Source: Eledone cirrhosa
Lineage: Eukaryota
Assembly (NCBI GenBank): GCA_964016885.1
Contig: OZ024743.1
Location: 38,750,001-38,814,000 of the forward strand
DNA length: 64,000 nt
Reading direction: 5' to 3'
The position numbers and the translations under genes were made by a program. Of this stretch, positions 63,069 to 64,000 are shown in pieces (the first letter of the stretch is position 1; the number at the start of each line of letters is the position of its first letter). The notes beneath the pieces were generated by a model that was given only the letters and a program-made list of their open reading frames with translations, did no database searches and was not told where the DNA came from.

Positions 63069-63782
63069 ATTGATCGCTTTGGAAACCTCGACAATTTAGA
63101 TGGGTAAATCTCCGGGTAACAGAATCAGGTGGTGATGAGAGGGAGAGAGAGAAATGTAAGAGATGTAGAATGAGACGTAGAGGATGTAGAAGAACGTAGC
63201 AAAGAGTGTAAAATAATAACACGAGATAGAGTTAATTTGGAATTGATTTAATTGTCCCTATATTTCGGATTTCGTATCCACAAACGGAGGTTTTCCGAGG
63301 GGAAACGATTTTAGTCGGAGAGTGACAACACGTGGCCTCTGTTGCTTATCGTGTACGTATAACTGAACTAATATATTATATGTATATATAAAGTGATATG
63401 ACAGGAGACCAAATATGTTGGTAAACATAAACACATTGTTTCTTCTCTGTATTTTCTGGGCTTGTTTCCTGAATGTTTAGCATCATTTTGTTGGTATACA
63501 TCTATTACGCAATTTACAGCTAAATATGTCACCGGGATCTTACCCAACATGGTTACTGAAATGTGCATATTGTTTGCAGAAATGAATAACTAAGGAAATT
63601 CAACATATTTGGCCTCCTGTCATTTCACTTTATAATACATTTACTCCCTTCCCGCATCACCAGTATGATTCAACAATAAATTTGGATGTGTTTCACAATG
63701 TCCAGTGCTTTGATCATATTACGCCATTATTAACATTGCAGAATGACTAACTATACCCAGTGGTAAACCACCAAATTTAAGC

Positions 63783-63845
<63 letters not shown>

Positions 63846-64000
63846 GGTTTGAATATAGAGCTTGTCTATTCCGTATGGTAAATCGTAATGTAATAATACA
63901 GAGAGTACTCAACGTAAAGCAGTCCAACCGTCTTTGTTTTTGTAGTTGGTGGTGCTATTACGGAGTTAAATATTATAATTAAATGACAGGAGGCTGGATT

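Overview
AT-rich, microsatellite-dense animal genomic DNA. It is probably from an octopus or other coleoid cephalopod, inferred from the SINE family and repeat landscape. No intact host gene is evident. The window is dominated by Penelope-like retroelements (PLEs), about 15 copies or fragments, mostly inserted into (TA)n tracts. One is near full length (41871-45823, minus strand: RT, C-terminal GIY-YIG and direct pLTRs). Also present are ~12 copies of a tRNA-headed SINE, two decayed LINEs, Tc1/mariner and MULE remnants, and decayed CUB-like (+) and Ig-like (-) exons. Three non-coding signals stand out. (i) Type-I hammerhead ribozymes folded by eye at PLE ends, several with a 45-105 nt stem II, and two unrelated families with a compensatory U3-A8 core (TTGANAA instead of CTGANGA). 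(ii) Short non-coding fold-back elements with the layout (TA)n-inverted arm-arm-tail-(TA)n. (iii) Inverted duplications of flanking DNA centred on (TA)n tracts. All calls are from manual reading; no searches or folding programs were run.
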